Shown: in pieces, positions 18,241-26,489 of the stretch | Layout of the letters: each line of letters starts with the position of its first letter | Position numbering within the stretch: the first letter of the stretch is position 1 | From: Rickettsiales bacterium | Lineage (GTDB): Bacteria > Pseudomonadota > Alphaproteobacteria > Rickettsiales > UBA3002 | Assembly: GCA_037968615.1 (NCBI GenBank) | Contig: JBBKVX010000060.1 | Location: forward strand, 1,336-65,335 | DNA: 64,000 nt | Direction: 5' to 3' | Notes under the pieces: model-generated | The model's database searches: none | What the model was told of the DNA's origin: nothing | What the model saw: only the letters and a program-made list of their open reading frames with translations | Position numbers and translations under genes: made by a program

Positions 18241-21200
18241 TTGAATGGGTTCATGCCGAGTCATTATCATATCCGCACGCGCACACTATTCGTCCTCGCC
18301 TCCCTTCTGGCGTTGAGCGGCGTTGCTTATGCGGCGAATGTCAGCACCCAGTCGCGCCCCAACTACCAGCGGCTGATGTTCGATTTCGCAGGGCCCGCGC
18401 GCATGGAAGTGGCCCAAGGCAACGGCACCGTTACCCTCACCTTCAGCAAACCCATCACCGGCAGCATCGACGCCATTGCTCCCAAACTCCAACCCTACGT
18501 CACGGCCAGTAGCCTCTCCGCCAACAAAAAATCCATCACACTAACGCTCGATAAACCCTACCGCGTGCGCCAGTTCATCAGCGGCAACATGGTGGGCATC
18601 GATATCCTCACCGAGCGCCCGCTGAACCCCACGCCCGCCAAGCCTGCCCCAGCGCCCGAACCCACGCCAGCACCGAAACCTGCGGCGCCGAAAGCGGCCC
18701 CAGCACCCATCGCCGCGCCCGAGCCTTTGGCCCCTGCCCCCCAACCAGAACCAAAGCCAGAACCCAAACCACAGCCAGTAAAAGCGCCGGAGCCCGTAAC
18801 GCCCGAGCCCGCAGCGCCGGAACCTGAACCGGAAGTGTCGGCCATCCGCGACACACCCTCGCCCATTCTCAGCACCAAACCTGTGGAAACCGAAGCGCCC
18901 ACAGCAGAACCCAAACCCTCCGCAGGCTTGTCCCCGGAAATGGCTGAAAAAGCGGCGACTACTGCTCCTCTCGTTAGGCCGCTGCTTACCACAAAAACAC
19001 CGGAGCCCGTGGTCGAAGCGCCTGCCGCGCCGGAACCGGAAGCCGCACCAGAGCCTGCGCCGGAAGTGGAAGCCGCCCCTGTCGAGATCGAGGCCGAAGC
19101 CGCCGCTGCTGAAACTGCCATGCCCGTGGCCGACCCCGATAAGCCCTTCCTAGTGAGCGCGAAAAAAACCGCCGCCGGCACCGACATCAATTTCCCATGG
19201 GGCGAGCGCACCGCCGCCGCCGTGTTCGAGCGCGACCACGACATATGGGTGGTGTTCTCGCGCGAGAAACCCGTGGACACGGCGCTGCTCGCGTCGGTGC
19301 TGCCGAAACAGGTCACCGCGCTCCAGCAATTCAAGCTCGCGGGCGCCACCGTGCTGCGCCTCAGCACCGACGGCACGTTGCACCCCACCACCACGCAGGC
19401 GGAGGGAACGTATGAGTGGAACCTATCGCTTTCCCCCGTGCAGCCCAGCGCCTCGCTCGACATTCCGGTGGCGGCCCAAACCGTCGAGGGCAACCGCCAA
19501 CTGATGCTGAAAGTGTTCGATGTCAGCCCTCCCCTCACCTTCTACGACCCCGCGCTCGGCGACCGCCTCATCGTCGTGCCCACCTTCGAGTTGAACCGTG
19601 GCGTGGCGACGCTGAAACATTTCCCCGAACTCGACATCCTGCCCACGCAACAAGGCATCGCCGTGGTTTCTCGCCGCGACGACCTGCGCGCCAGCCAAGG
19701 CCGCGCAGGCGTAAAACTGCTGGCCGATGCGTCGTTGGCCATATCGGCGAGCCTGCCCATCTATTCCGCCGATAACCGCCCCGTACCCGGCGCCTCCGCC
19801 GCCGCCGACGTGCTGATGCCCTACGACCAATGGTACGTCGCGCCCGCCGACTTCGCGCGCGAACGCGAAGCACGCCTCAACGCTGTCGTTTCTGGAAAAC
19901 CCGCGCAAGCCGCCGGAAACCTGATGCGCATGGTGGAGCTATACATGGGCCAAGGCATGGCGGCCGAGGCGTTGGGCTACCTCGATCTCCTCAAGCGCGA
20001 CCATCCCGAGTATGTTGCTGAGAACAAACTCAACGTCATCGGTGCCGCCAGCCTCGTGATGCTCGACCGCGTGCCAGAAGCCACCAAAACACTCGCCGCG
20101 CCCGAGCTGGAAGGCGTGGCCGAAGCCGCCATGTGGCGCGAGTTGGTGAAAATATTCGTCAACACTTCCGTCAGCGAAGTGGAGCAGATGCAGGCCGATA
20201 CCGAGGCGGAGACCGCGGCACGCATGCAGGCCGCCGCCGACGCTGCGGTGGAATCGGGCGACGACATTCCCGTCGAGCCGGTGGCCATGCCCGCTCCGCC
20301 GCCCGCACCGCTCACGTTTGATTTCCTTAGCTACAACACGCCCTACATCCGCTTCTACCCGCCGCGCATGCGCCAGCATCTGGCCGTGGTATCGGCCGAT
20401 GCGTACTTGCGCAACAACCAGCCCGAGGAGGCGTTGAAAGTCTACGACACGCTAAACCGCGACGGCATTTTGGGGCCCGTTCAAGGGCTGGCCGAATTCA
20501 CGCTCGGCAGCGTGGCGGCCAAAAAAGGCAAAAACGACGAAGCCCTAAAATTGTTCGATCGCCTCGGCACCCGCTACGACGACCCGCTCACGCAGGTGCG
20601 CGCAAAATACGCCGCCATCATGCTGCGCCACACCAACGGGCTCGAAACGCCCGAGAACACAACCAACGCACTCGAAGCGCTGCGCCTGAGCTGGCGCGGC
20701 GACACGCTCCAGCGCGACATGCTGCACACCCTCGCCCAAATTTACAACGACACCAAACGCTACGACGACACGCTGCGCACATGGAAATACCTGATCGAGA
20801 TGTTCCCCGGCGACACCGACATGCTGGCCATCTCCGGCGACATGGCGCAATTGTTCGAGGAATTGTTCCTGGGTGGGCTGGCCGACGAAATGCCGCCGCT
20901 CAAATCGTTGGCGTTGTTCTATGAGTTCCGCGAGCTCACGCCCATCGGCACCAAAGGCAACCAAATCATCCAGAAGCTGGCCGACCGACTGGCCTCCGTC
21001 GACCTGATCGATCGCGCCGCGCAGTTGCTCGAGAATCAGGTGAAATTCCGCCTCAGCGGCGAAGACCGCGCCCGCGTCGGCGCGCGCCTTTCGCTGCTTT
21101 ACCTGCTCAACAAACAACCGCAGCAGGCGCTTGATGTGCTGGAAGTCACGAACTACGGCGAGGCACCGCTTGAGCTGCGCCGCCATCGCATCCAGCTCAC

Positions 21201-21654
21201 CGCGCAAGCGCTGTCCGACCTCGGCAAACACGAGGAAGCGCTGAGCATGCTGTTCCACGACGATACGCCCAAAGCCGATCTGCTGCGGCTCGATATCCTC
21301 TGGGCGATGAAGGATTGGCCGAACGTCATCAACACCTCCGAGGACATCCTCACCGACCGCGCGAACTTGACTTCGGCGCTGACACCGCACGAGACCGAAG
21401 TGTTGATAAAGCTGGCGCTCGGCTACAGTTTTGAAGGCGACACCACCCAACTGCGTTACCTGCGTGACTACTACACCGGCCTGCTGCCCGAGAGCCAATA
21501 CAAGGAAGTGTTCAACTTCCTCACCAACGACACCACCCCGCTCGACCCCGAAGATTTCCAACTGGTCGCCCAGCAGATCAGCCGCACCGAAGGCTTCCTC
21601 GACACGTTCCGTAAAGACGTCGCCGAAGGCAAACTCAGTGAAGCGGTGAAGTAA
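18241..21654 (+). CDS. Large secreted protein (1137 aa): N-terminal beta-rich (AMIN-like?) domain, Pro/Ala/Glu-rich linker, C-terminal TPR-like helical repeats
   Basis: Signal peptide LFVLASLLALSGVAYA and a long helical-repeat C-terminus. It abuts the flagellar cluster. Confidence 0.75.
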   Translation: MNGFMPSHYHIRTRTLFVLASLLALSGVAYAANVSTQSRPNYQRLMFDFAGPARMEVAQGNGTVTLTFSKPITGSIDAIAPKLQPYVTASSLSANKKSITLTLDKPYRVRQFISGNMVGIDILTERPLNPTPAKPAPAPEPTPAPKPAAPKAAPAPIAAPEPLAPAPQPEPKPEPKPQPVKAPEPVTPEPAAPEPEPEVSAIRDTPSPILSTKPVETEAPTAEPKPSAGLSPEMAEKAATTAPLVRPLLTTKTPEPVVEAPAAPEPEAAPEPAPEVEAAPVEIEAEAAAAETAMPVADPDKPFLVSAKKTAAGTDINFPWGERTAAAVFERDHDIWVVFSREKPVDTALLASVLPKQVTALQQFKLAGATVLRLSTDGTLHPTTTQAEGTYEWNLSLSPVQPSASLDIPVAAQTVEGNRQLMLKVFDVSPPLTFYDPALGDRLIVVPTFELNRGVATLKHFPELDILPTQQGIAVVSRRDDLRASQGRAGVKLLADASLAISASLPIYSADNRPVPGASAAADVLMPYDQWYVAPADFAREREARLNAVVSGKPAQAAGNLMRMVELYMGQGMAAEALGYLDLLKRDHPEYVAENKLNVIGAASLVMLDRVPEATKTLAAPELEGVAEAAMWRELVKIFVNTSVSEVEQMQADTEAETAARMQAAADAAVESGDDIPVEPVAMPAPPPAPLTFDFLSYNTPYIRFYPPRMRQHLAVVSADAYLRNNQPEEALKVYDTLNRDGILGPVQGLAEFTLGSVAAKKGKNDEALKLFDRLGTRYDDPLTQVRAKYAAIMLRHTNGLETPENTTNALEALRLSWRGDTLQRDMLHTLAQIYNDTKRYDDTLRTWKYLIEMFPGDTDMLAISGDMAQLFEELFLGGLADEMPPLKSLALFYEFRELTPIGTKGNQIIQKLADRLASVDLIDRAAQLLENQVKFRLSGEDRARVGARLSLLYLLNKQPQQALDVLEVTNYGEAPLELRRHRIQLTAQALSDLGKHEEALSMLFHDDTPKADLLRLDILWAMKDWPNVINTSEDILTDRANLTSALTPHETEVLIKLALGYSFEGDTTQLRYLRDYYTGLLPESQYKEVFNFLTNDTTPLDPEDFQLVAQQISRTEGFLDTFRKDVAEGKLSEAVK
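18620..19115 (+). repeat. Low-complexity Pro/Ala/Glu/Lys-rich coding repeats (PAPEP/PEPKP-type)
   Basis: The translation reads PAKPAPAPEPTPAPKPAAPKAAPAP...PEPKPEPKPQP...PAAPEPEAAPEPAPEVEAAP. Confidence 0.85.
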
Positions 21655-21921
21655 TTATTTCTCTTCCGAATCGCCGATCATCGGGTTCTCGACTTCGAAT
21701 TCGCCGTCGATGACGGTGATGTCGGCTTCCGGTTCAAACGGAACGCCTGGGCGCGGGTTTAAAATGCCGCGGGCCACCAGGAACTGGCGACCGGCCATTA
21801 CCAACACCGCCACACCGCCCACGACCAGCAGCACCGCAAAGATGGTGATGGAAAGCCAGATCGTAACCCCGATAGCGATGACGGTGCCGACAAGCAGCAA
21901 CAGGCGCCGGATAAAACCCAT
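21655..21921 (-). CDS. Small membrane protein (two TM helices), last gene of the fliP operon
   Basis: Hydrophobic N-terminal half, acidic tail. Its start abuts the fliP stop. Confidence 0.5.
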   Translation of the reverse strand: MGFIRRLLLLVGTVIAIGVTIWLSITIFAVLLVVGGVAVLVMAGRQFLVARGILNPRPGVPFEPEADITVIDGEFEVENPMIGDSEEK

Positions 21922-21922
21922 C

Positions 21923-22678
21923 CTACGACCCTCCGGCGAACGAGCGCACAAGGCTTCCCGCCAGCATGTACCAACCGTCGATCAGCACAAAGAAAATGAT
22001 CTTGAACGGCAGTGAGATCACGACTGGCGGCAGCATCATCATCCCCATCGCCATGAGGATGGAGGCCACCACCATATCGATGATGAGGAACGGTATGAAG
22101 ATGAGGAACCCGATTTCAAAGGCGCGGCGCAGCTCGCTGATCATGAAGGCGGGAATAAGCACCTGATACGGCGTCTCGGCGGCGGTCTCCACCTCTTTGC
22201 CATGCATGTCGATGAACAGTCGTAAATCTTTCTCGCGCACATGCTGCAGCATGAAACCACGGAACGGCTCAGCCGTGGCAGCGATGCCCGCTTTTTCGTC
22301 GATGGTTTCTTCCATCCACGGCTTCAGGCCCTCGTCGTAGGCTTTCTGGAAGGTAGGTGCCATGATAAAGAAAGTGAGGAACAACGCCAACGCCACCATC
22401 ACTTGGTTGGGCGGGGTGTTCTGCGAGCCGATGGCCATACGCACGAACGACAGCACGATGATGATGCGCATGAACGACGTGACCATGACCAGAATCGACG
22501 GCGCGAGGCTGATGACGGTGAGCAGCACCACCATTTGGATGATGCGCGCGGTGGTGCCACCGCCGCCGTCGCCCGCATCGATGTTGATGCTTTGCGCTTG
22601 CGCCAGCAGCGGCAGGCCAAGGGCCAGCGCCACACCGAGGAATCTGGGTAGGAACTTACGCATCGTTTTTCTTCTCAC
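21923..22678 (-). CDS. fliP: Flagellar type III export apparatus protein FliP
   Basis: Signal peptide plus the conserved FliP core (TSFMRIIIVLSFVRMAIG, GFLIFIPFLIIDMVVASILMAMGMMMLPP). Confidence 0.95.
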   Translation of the reverse strand: MRRKTMRKFLPRFLGVALALGLPLLAQAQSINIDAGDGGGGTTARIIQMVVLLTVISLAPSILVMVTSFMRIIIVLSFVRMAIGSQNTPPNQVMVALALFLTFFIMAPTFQKAYDEGLKPWMEETIDEKAGIAATAEPFRGFMLQHVREKDLRLFIDMHGKEVETAAETPYQVLIPAFMISELRRAFEIGFLIFIPFLIIDMVVASILMAMGMMMLPPVVISLPFKIIFFVLIDGWYMLAGSLVRSFAGGS

Positions 22679-22934
22679 CTAACTTATCGACCACCGTGAC
22701 GGAATCGCCGGAAACCAGCAACAGATATTCCTGCGCATCGGCGCGCACCAGCATCAGTTTGCGCTTGGTGTCCATGTACAGCACATCCACCACTTTCAAG
22801 CGACCCACCTGCCCCGACACGCCACGCAAGCGCTTATCGAGGCCGAACTTTTTCATCGCCGCCGCAATGCCCCAGATAAGCAGGATGACGAACCCGAGCG
22901 ACAGCGCAAAGCGCGAATAATCCATCAGTTCCAT
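22656..22934 (-). CDS. fliO: Flagellar biosynthesis protein FliO
   Basis: Single N-terminal TM, then the LKVVDVLYMDTKRKLMLVRADAQEYLLLVSGDSV pattern. Located immediately upstream of fliP and overlapping it. Confidence 0.65.
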   Translation of the reverse strand: MELMDYSRFALSLGFVILLIWGIAAAMKKFGLDKRLRGVSGQVGRLKVVDVLYMDTKRKLMLVRADAQEYLLLVSGDSVTVVDKLGEKKNDA

Positions 22935-23275
22935 TATTTTTTCTCATCCGGTGGGGTGCGGTAGGCCTGCGAGGCCTTCTGGCGTTTGCTGTTCGCATCC
23001 AGCTCCTGGCGAACGCGCGTTTGCGCGTCGAGTATCTCTTTTTGCAGGGTGGTCAACGTGCCATTCAGCGCATCAAGGCGCGGCAGGAAGGTCTGCGACT
23101 CTTCGCCCGCAAGGTTCAGCACACGCTGGCACAGCGCATCCACAAAAACATTCAGTTCGCCCAGCTCCACCATGTTGCCTTCGGCCAACATTCGGCGCGA
23201 AGCCTCGATGTAGTTTTCGATGTCGGTGGCCAGCGCATCGGCGCTGCGTGTCGGGTCCATATCCGGCGTTTCCAT
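22934..23275 (-). CDS. Hypothetical helical/coiled-coil protein within the flagellar operon
   Basis: Tightly coupled to its neighbours, with overlapping or abutting start and stop codons. No motif recognised. Confidence 0.55.
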   Translation of the reverse strand: METPDMDPTRSADALATDIENYIEASRRMLAEGNMVELGELNVFVDALCQRVLNLAGEESQTFLPRLDALNGTLTTLQKEILDAQTRVRQELDANSKRQKASQAYRTPPDEKK

Positions 23276-23276
23276 G

Positions 23277-23627
23277 CTACTCCTTCACGGCGCGTTGCTT
23301 CGCGCCTGCATTGGCCTGATACACATAGGCGAGGATTTCAGCAACCGCAGCGAACGCTTCCAACGGAATCGGTGAATCGACCTCGACCAGCGACAGTAGT
23401 TCCACCAGCTCGGCGTCCTGCCGCACTTTGATGCCGCGCTCGAACGCCACCTGCAATATCTGCTCGGCGATGGCGCCCTTACCGCTGGCGGTGACCATCG
23501 GCGCTTCGCCGGATTTTTTATCATACTCGATCGCCACCGCTTTGCTGACCGCAGGCACCTCGCCTTGCTTTGGCGCAACGGGCGTATCGGTGATGCTGAA
23601 ATTCGGTTCGTTCGGTGTTTCGGCCAT
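23277..23627 (-). CDS. FlhB C-terminal-domain-like protein (EscU/YscU/HrcU family, YlqH-like)
   Basis: KAVAIEYDKKSGEAPMVTASGKGAIAEQILQVAFERGIKVRQD...IPLEAFAAVAEILAYVYQ resembles the FlhB cytoplasmic C-domain. Confidence 0.7.
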   Translation of the reverse strand: MAETPNEPNFSITDTPVAPKQGEVPAVSKAVAIEYDKKSGEAPMVTASGKGAIAEQILQVAFERGIKVRQDAELVELLSLVEVDSPIPLEAFAAVAEILAYVYQANAGAKQRAVKE

Positions 23628-23887
23628 TAGCGATTCTCAGAAGGCGGTGTGTCCAGATGCGACAGATCAAAATCCGCATCCTCGAAATCGTCGGCACCAC
23701 TCCCTGAACCGGCGGCCGCCATGTTCTCGGCCGTCACTTTATCGTAGATTTCTTTGCGCAGCACCGTCGCGTCGGGGGGAAACACAAAACCCAGTTTCAC
23801 GGTTTTCCCGCGCACTTCGATCACCGTCAACTCGACCGAGTTGTTGATGATGATGGATTCACCCAATTTACGTGACAAATAAAGCAT
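23627..23887 (-). CDS. csrA: Carbon storage regulator CsrA (RNA-binding) with an acidic C-terminal extension
   Basis: MLYLSRKLGESIIINNSVELTVIEVRGKTVKLGFVFPPDATVLRKEIY aligns with E. coli CsrA ([48 protein letters not shown]). Confidence 0.85.
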   Translation of the reverse strand: MLYLSRKLGESIIINNSVELTVIEVRGKTVKLGFVFPPDATVLRKEIYDKVTAENMAAAGSGSGADDFEDADFDLSHLDTPPSENR

Positions 23888-23969
23888 AAGACCTAACTGG
23901 CGCTGCGATGACCTACTGGTAGATTATTCCATAACATAAGAGGCTTCGCATCGCCAGCCGTCTTTTTAA

Positions 23970-23998
23970 TTGCAAACCCGGTAATTTTTGCCTATAAT
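23970..23998 (+). promoter_or_regulatory. Near-consensus sigma70-type promoter (TTGCAA-17 nt-TATAAT) facing flgB
   Basis: Read directly: TTGCAA at 23970-23975, a 17-nt spacer, TATAAT at 23993-23998. Confidence 0.5.
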
Positions 23999-24066
23999 GC
24001 ATTTAACACTAGAGGGACACTCAAAGCTCCCCAAGTCGCTCGGCTGGCAGACCAGGTAAGGTTAAT

Positions 24067-24082
24067 TGGCACACCGCTTGCA
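24067..24082 (+). promoter_or_regulatory. Sigma54 (RpoN) -24/-12 promoter upstream of flgB
   Basis: TGGCAC-ACCGC-TTGCA matches TGGCAC-N5-TTGCA exactly and lies 34 nt upstream of the flgB ATG. Confidence 0.75.
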
Positions 24083-24115
24083 GTACCAAGCGTGTACATA
24101 GAGAGGGACGGACAA

Positions 24116-24514
24116 ATGTCGGGAACAGAATCACCATTAATGCAATCGCTTGGCATGCAAATGCGCTATCTCAGCGACCGCCAGGTCGTGCTGTCGCAGA
24201 ACATCGCCAACATCGATACCCCCCGATACAAATCCAAAGACCTGAAACCCGTGGATTTCGCCGAGCTGGCTTCGGCCTCCTCGTCGCAACTCAGCATGCG
24301 CAGCACCTCGCCCAAGCATCTCGGCAACCTCCGCGGTGGCACCGGCTTCCGGTCGGAACACAACCGCACTACCTTCGAGACCAGCCCGACCCAAAACAAT
24401 GTCGGCCTCGAAGAAGAAATGGCAAAAATCTCGCGCACCGGGGCGGATTATCAGGTCGCCAGCTCGCTCTACAAAAAATTCACCGGCATGTATCGTGCCG
24501 CATTGGGGAAATAG
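24116..24514 (+). CDS. flgB: Flagellar basal-body rod protein FlgB
   Basis: LSQNIANIDTPRYKSKDL N-terminal rod motif; followed by flgC and fliE. Confidence 0.9.
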   Translation: MSGTESPLMQSLGMQMRYLSDRQVVLSQNIANIDTPRYKSKDLKPVDFAELASASSSQLSMRSTSPKHLGNLRGGTGFRSEHNRTTFETSPTQNNVGLEEEMAKISRTGADYQVASSLYKKFTGMYRAALGK

Positions 24515-24521
24515 GTAAGTT

Positions 24522-24929
24522 ATGGACTTGATGGACACCATGCAGATTTCCGGCGCCGGCATGCAGGCGCAAAGCCAGCGCCTGAAAGTGGTGGCGCAGA
24601 ACGTGGCCAACGCCGATGCCGTGGGCACGCGCGATGGCAAACAGCCCTACCGCCGCCAAACCATCGCCTTCAAGGACGAGCTCGACCGCCAGACCGGCGC
24701 CACCTTGGTCAAGGCCAACAAGATCGGCACCGACAATTCCGATTTCCAGAAACGCTACGAACCCAGCCACCCCATGGCCGATGCCGAAGGCTATGTGCTG
24801 TACCCGAACGTGAACCCGATCATGGAAATGATGGACATGCGCGAGGCTCGCCGTGGATACGAGGCCAACCTGAACGTGATCGAGGCCAGCAAGGCCATGC
24901 TGAACCAAACCGTAGGCCTGTTGCGCTAA
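24522..24929 (+). CDS. flgC: Flagellar basal-body rod protein FlgC
   Basis: ISGAGMQAQSQRLKVVAQNVANADA...YEANLNVIEASKAM, the rod N- and C-terminal motifs. Confidence 0.93.
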   Translation: MDLMDTMQISGAGMQAQSQRLKVVAQNVANADAVGTRDGKQPYRRQTIAFKDELDRQTGATLVKANKIGTDNSDFQKRYEPSHPMADAEGYVLYPNVNPIMEMMDMREARRGYEANLNVIEASKAMLNQTVGLLR

Positions 24930-24969
24930 GAAATATTCTGCTACAATAAAAATACGAACAAGGAGATGC

Positions 24970-25320
24970 GTGATGTCGGATATTCGTTTTGCCCAAGCCA
25001 GCGGCGCCTACGGCGCAGCGCTTAAAGCAGCCGAGAACATTCTGTCGAAAGTGTCGTCGGCGGGCGTGCCCACCGGGGTTGAAGGCTCGGCAGCGGCCAG
25101 CAAGAACCCGTTCCTCGACATGGTCGGCGGCGCGCTCGAATCCGCCACCAACATGGGCTACAAAAGCGAAGAAGTGGCCACCAAAGCCCTCTCCGGCAAG
25201 GCCAGCATCACCGATGTGGTGACCGCCGTGAGCAACGCTGAAACCGCACTTACCACCGTCGTCGCCGTGCGCGATCGCATGATCAATGCGTACCAGGACA
25301 TCATCAAAATGCCGATTTAG
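24970..25320 (+). CDS. fliE: Flagellar hook-basal body complex protein FliE
   Basis: Correct size, and the C-terminal ITDVVTAVSNAETALTTVVAVRDRMINAYQDIIKMPI matches the FliE signature. Confidence 0.88.
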   Translation: MMSDIRFAQASGAYGAALKAAENILSKVSSAGVPTGVEGSAAASKNPFLDMVGGALESATNMGYKSEEVATKALSGKASITDVVTAVSNAETALTTVVAVRDRMINAYQDIIKMPI

Positions 25321-25431
25321 TTCGTTGGCTGTTCCTGTTCGGCCTACTGGCCTGCTAACTCGGCTGGCTCGATTTACTAACCTCCCATAACTACTATTGT
25401 CGCCCTGTTTCGGAACGTGTAGGTAAAATCC

Positions 25432-25698
25432 ATGGAAGCAGTCGATGTAGTGAACGTAGTGCGTGACGGAATCAAGATTCTGATGCTCGTTGCCGCGCCC
25501 ATGATGTTCACCGCGCTCATCGTGGGTCTCGCCGTATCGCTGCTGCAAGCCCTCACCCAGATTCAGGAAATGACCCTCACCTTCGTGCCGAAGGTCACCT
25601 GCATGCTCATCGTCATGATGCTGGTGTTCCCCTACATGATCCAGTCGCTGCAGGATTACACCAACGAACTTTTCGTTCGCATCGAAAACATCGAATAA
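25432..25698 (+). CDS. fliQ: Flagellar export apparatus protein FliQ
   Basis: 88 aa with two TM segments and GLAVSLLQALTQIQEMTLTFVPK. Confidence 0.93.
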   Translation: MEAVDVVNVVRDGIKILMLVAAPMMFTALIVGLAVSLLQALTQIQEMTLTFVPKVTCMLIVMMLVFPYMIQSLQDYTNELFVRIENIE

Positions 25699-25712
25699 GG
25701 AGGTAAGGTCGC

Positions 25713-26489
25713 ATGACCATCAATCTCCTCGATTATTTCCTCATCACGCAGATCATGGCGTTCTTCATGATCTTTGTACGCGTCGGTTCGGCGCTGATGG
25801 TGATGCCGGGCTTTGGTGACGTCTATGTCTCGCCGCGCGTGCGTTTGCTGTTCGCCCTCATGTTCAGCCTGTTACTCACCCCGATATTGGAACCGCGCAT
25901 GCCCATCCTGCCCGTCAGCGGCTTCGGGTTGGGCGTGCTGGTCGCGGGCGAACTTCTCATCGGCGCGTTCCTTGGGCTCATCGTGCGCGTCATTCTGTCG
26001 GCGGTGCATGTGGCGGGTACCATCGTCGCCATGCAGTCGTCGCTGGCGGTGGCGGCCATCTTCGACCCCTCCTCCGGTTCGCAAGCCCCAGTGGTCAGCA
26101 ACATCCTGACGTTAATGGTCGTCACCCTATTCTTTACCCTGAACCTGCACCATCTGGTGCTCGCCGCCCTCATGCAAAGCTACGACGTGTTCCCGCCCGC
26201 CATGTTCCCCGGCGTGGCTGACATGAACATGCTCTATGTACGCGTGATGGCCGACAGCTTTACACTGGGCGTGATGATGGCCGCGCCGCACATTATTTTC
26301 TCGCTGCTTTTCTACCTTGCAGGCGGTTTGGCCAACCGGCTGATGCCCAGCTTCCAGGTATTCTTCGTGATGATGCCCGCACAGATATTGCTCGCCCTGA
26401 CGCTCATGCTTATTGGCCTGCCCCTGCTCACCGACATCATCATGAGCTTCATGGAAAATCAGATCTTGAATTTCGTAACGGTAGATTAA
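25713..26489 (+). CDS. fliR: Flagellar export apparatus protein FliR
   Basis: Polytopic 258-aa protein located between fliQ and flhB. Confidence 0.9.
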   Translation: MTINLLDYFLITQIMAFFMIFVRVGSALMVMPGFGDVYVSPRVRLLFALMFSLLLTPILEPRMPILPVSGFGLGVLVAGELLIGAFLGLIVRVILSAVHVAGTIVAMQSSLAVAAIFDPSSGSQAPVVSNILTLMVVTLFFTLNLHHLVLAALMQSYDVFPPAMFPGVADMNMLYVRVMADSFTLGVMMAAPHIIFSLLFYLAGGLANRLMPSFQVFFVMMPAQILLALTLMLIGLPLLTDIIMSFMENQILNFVTVD

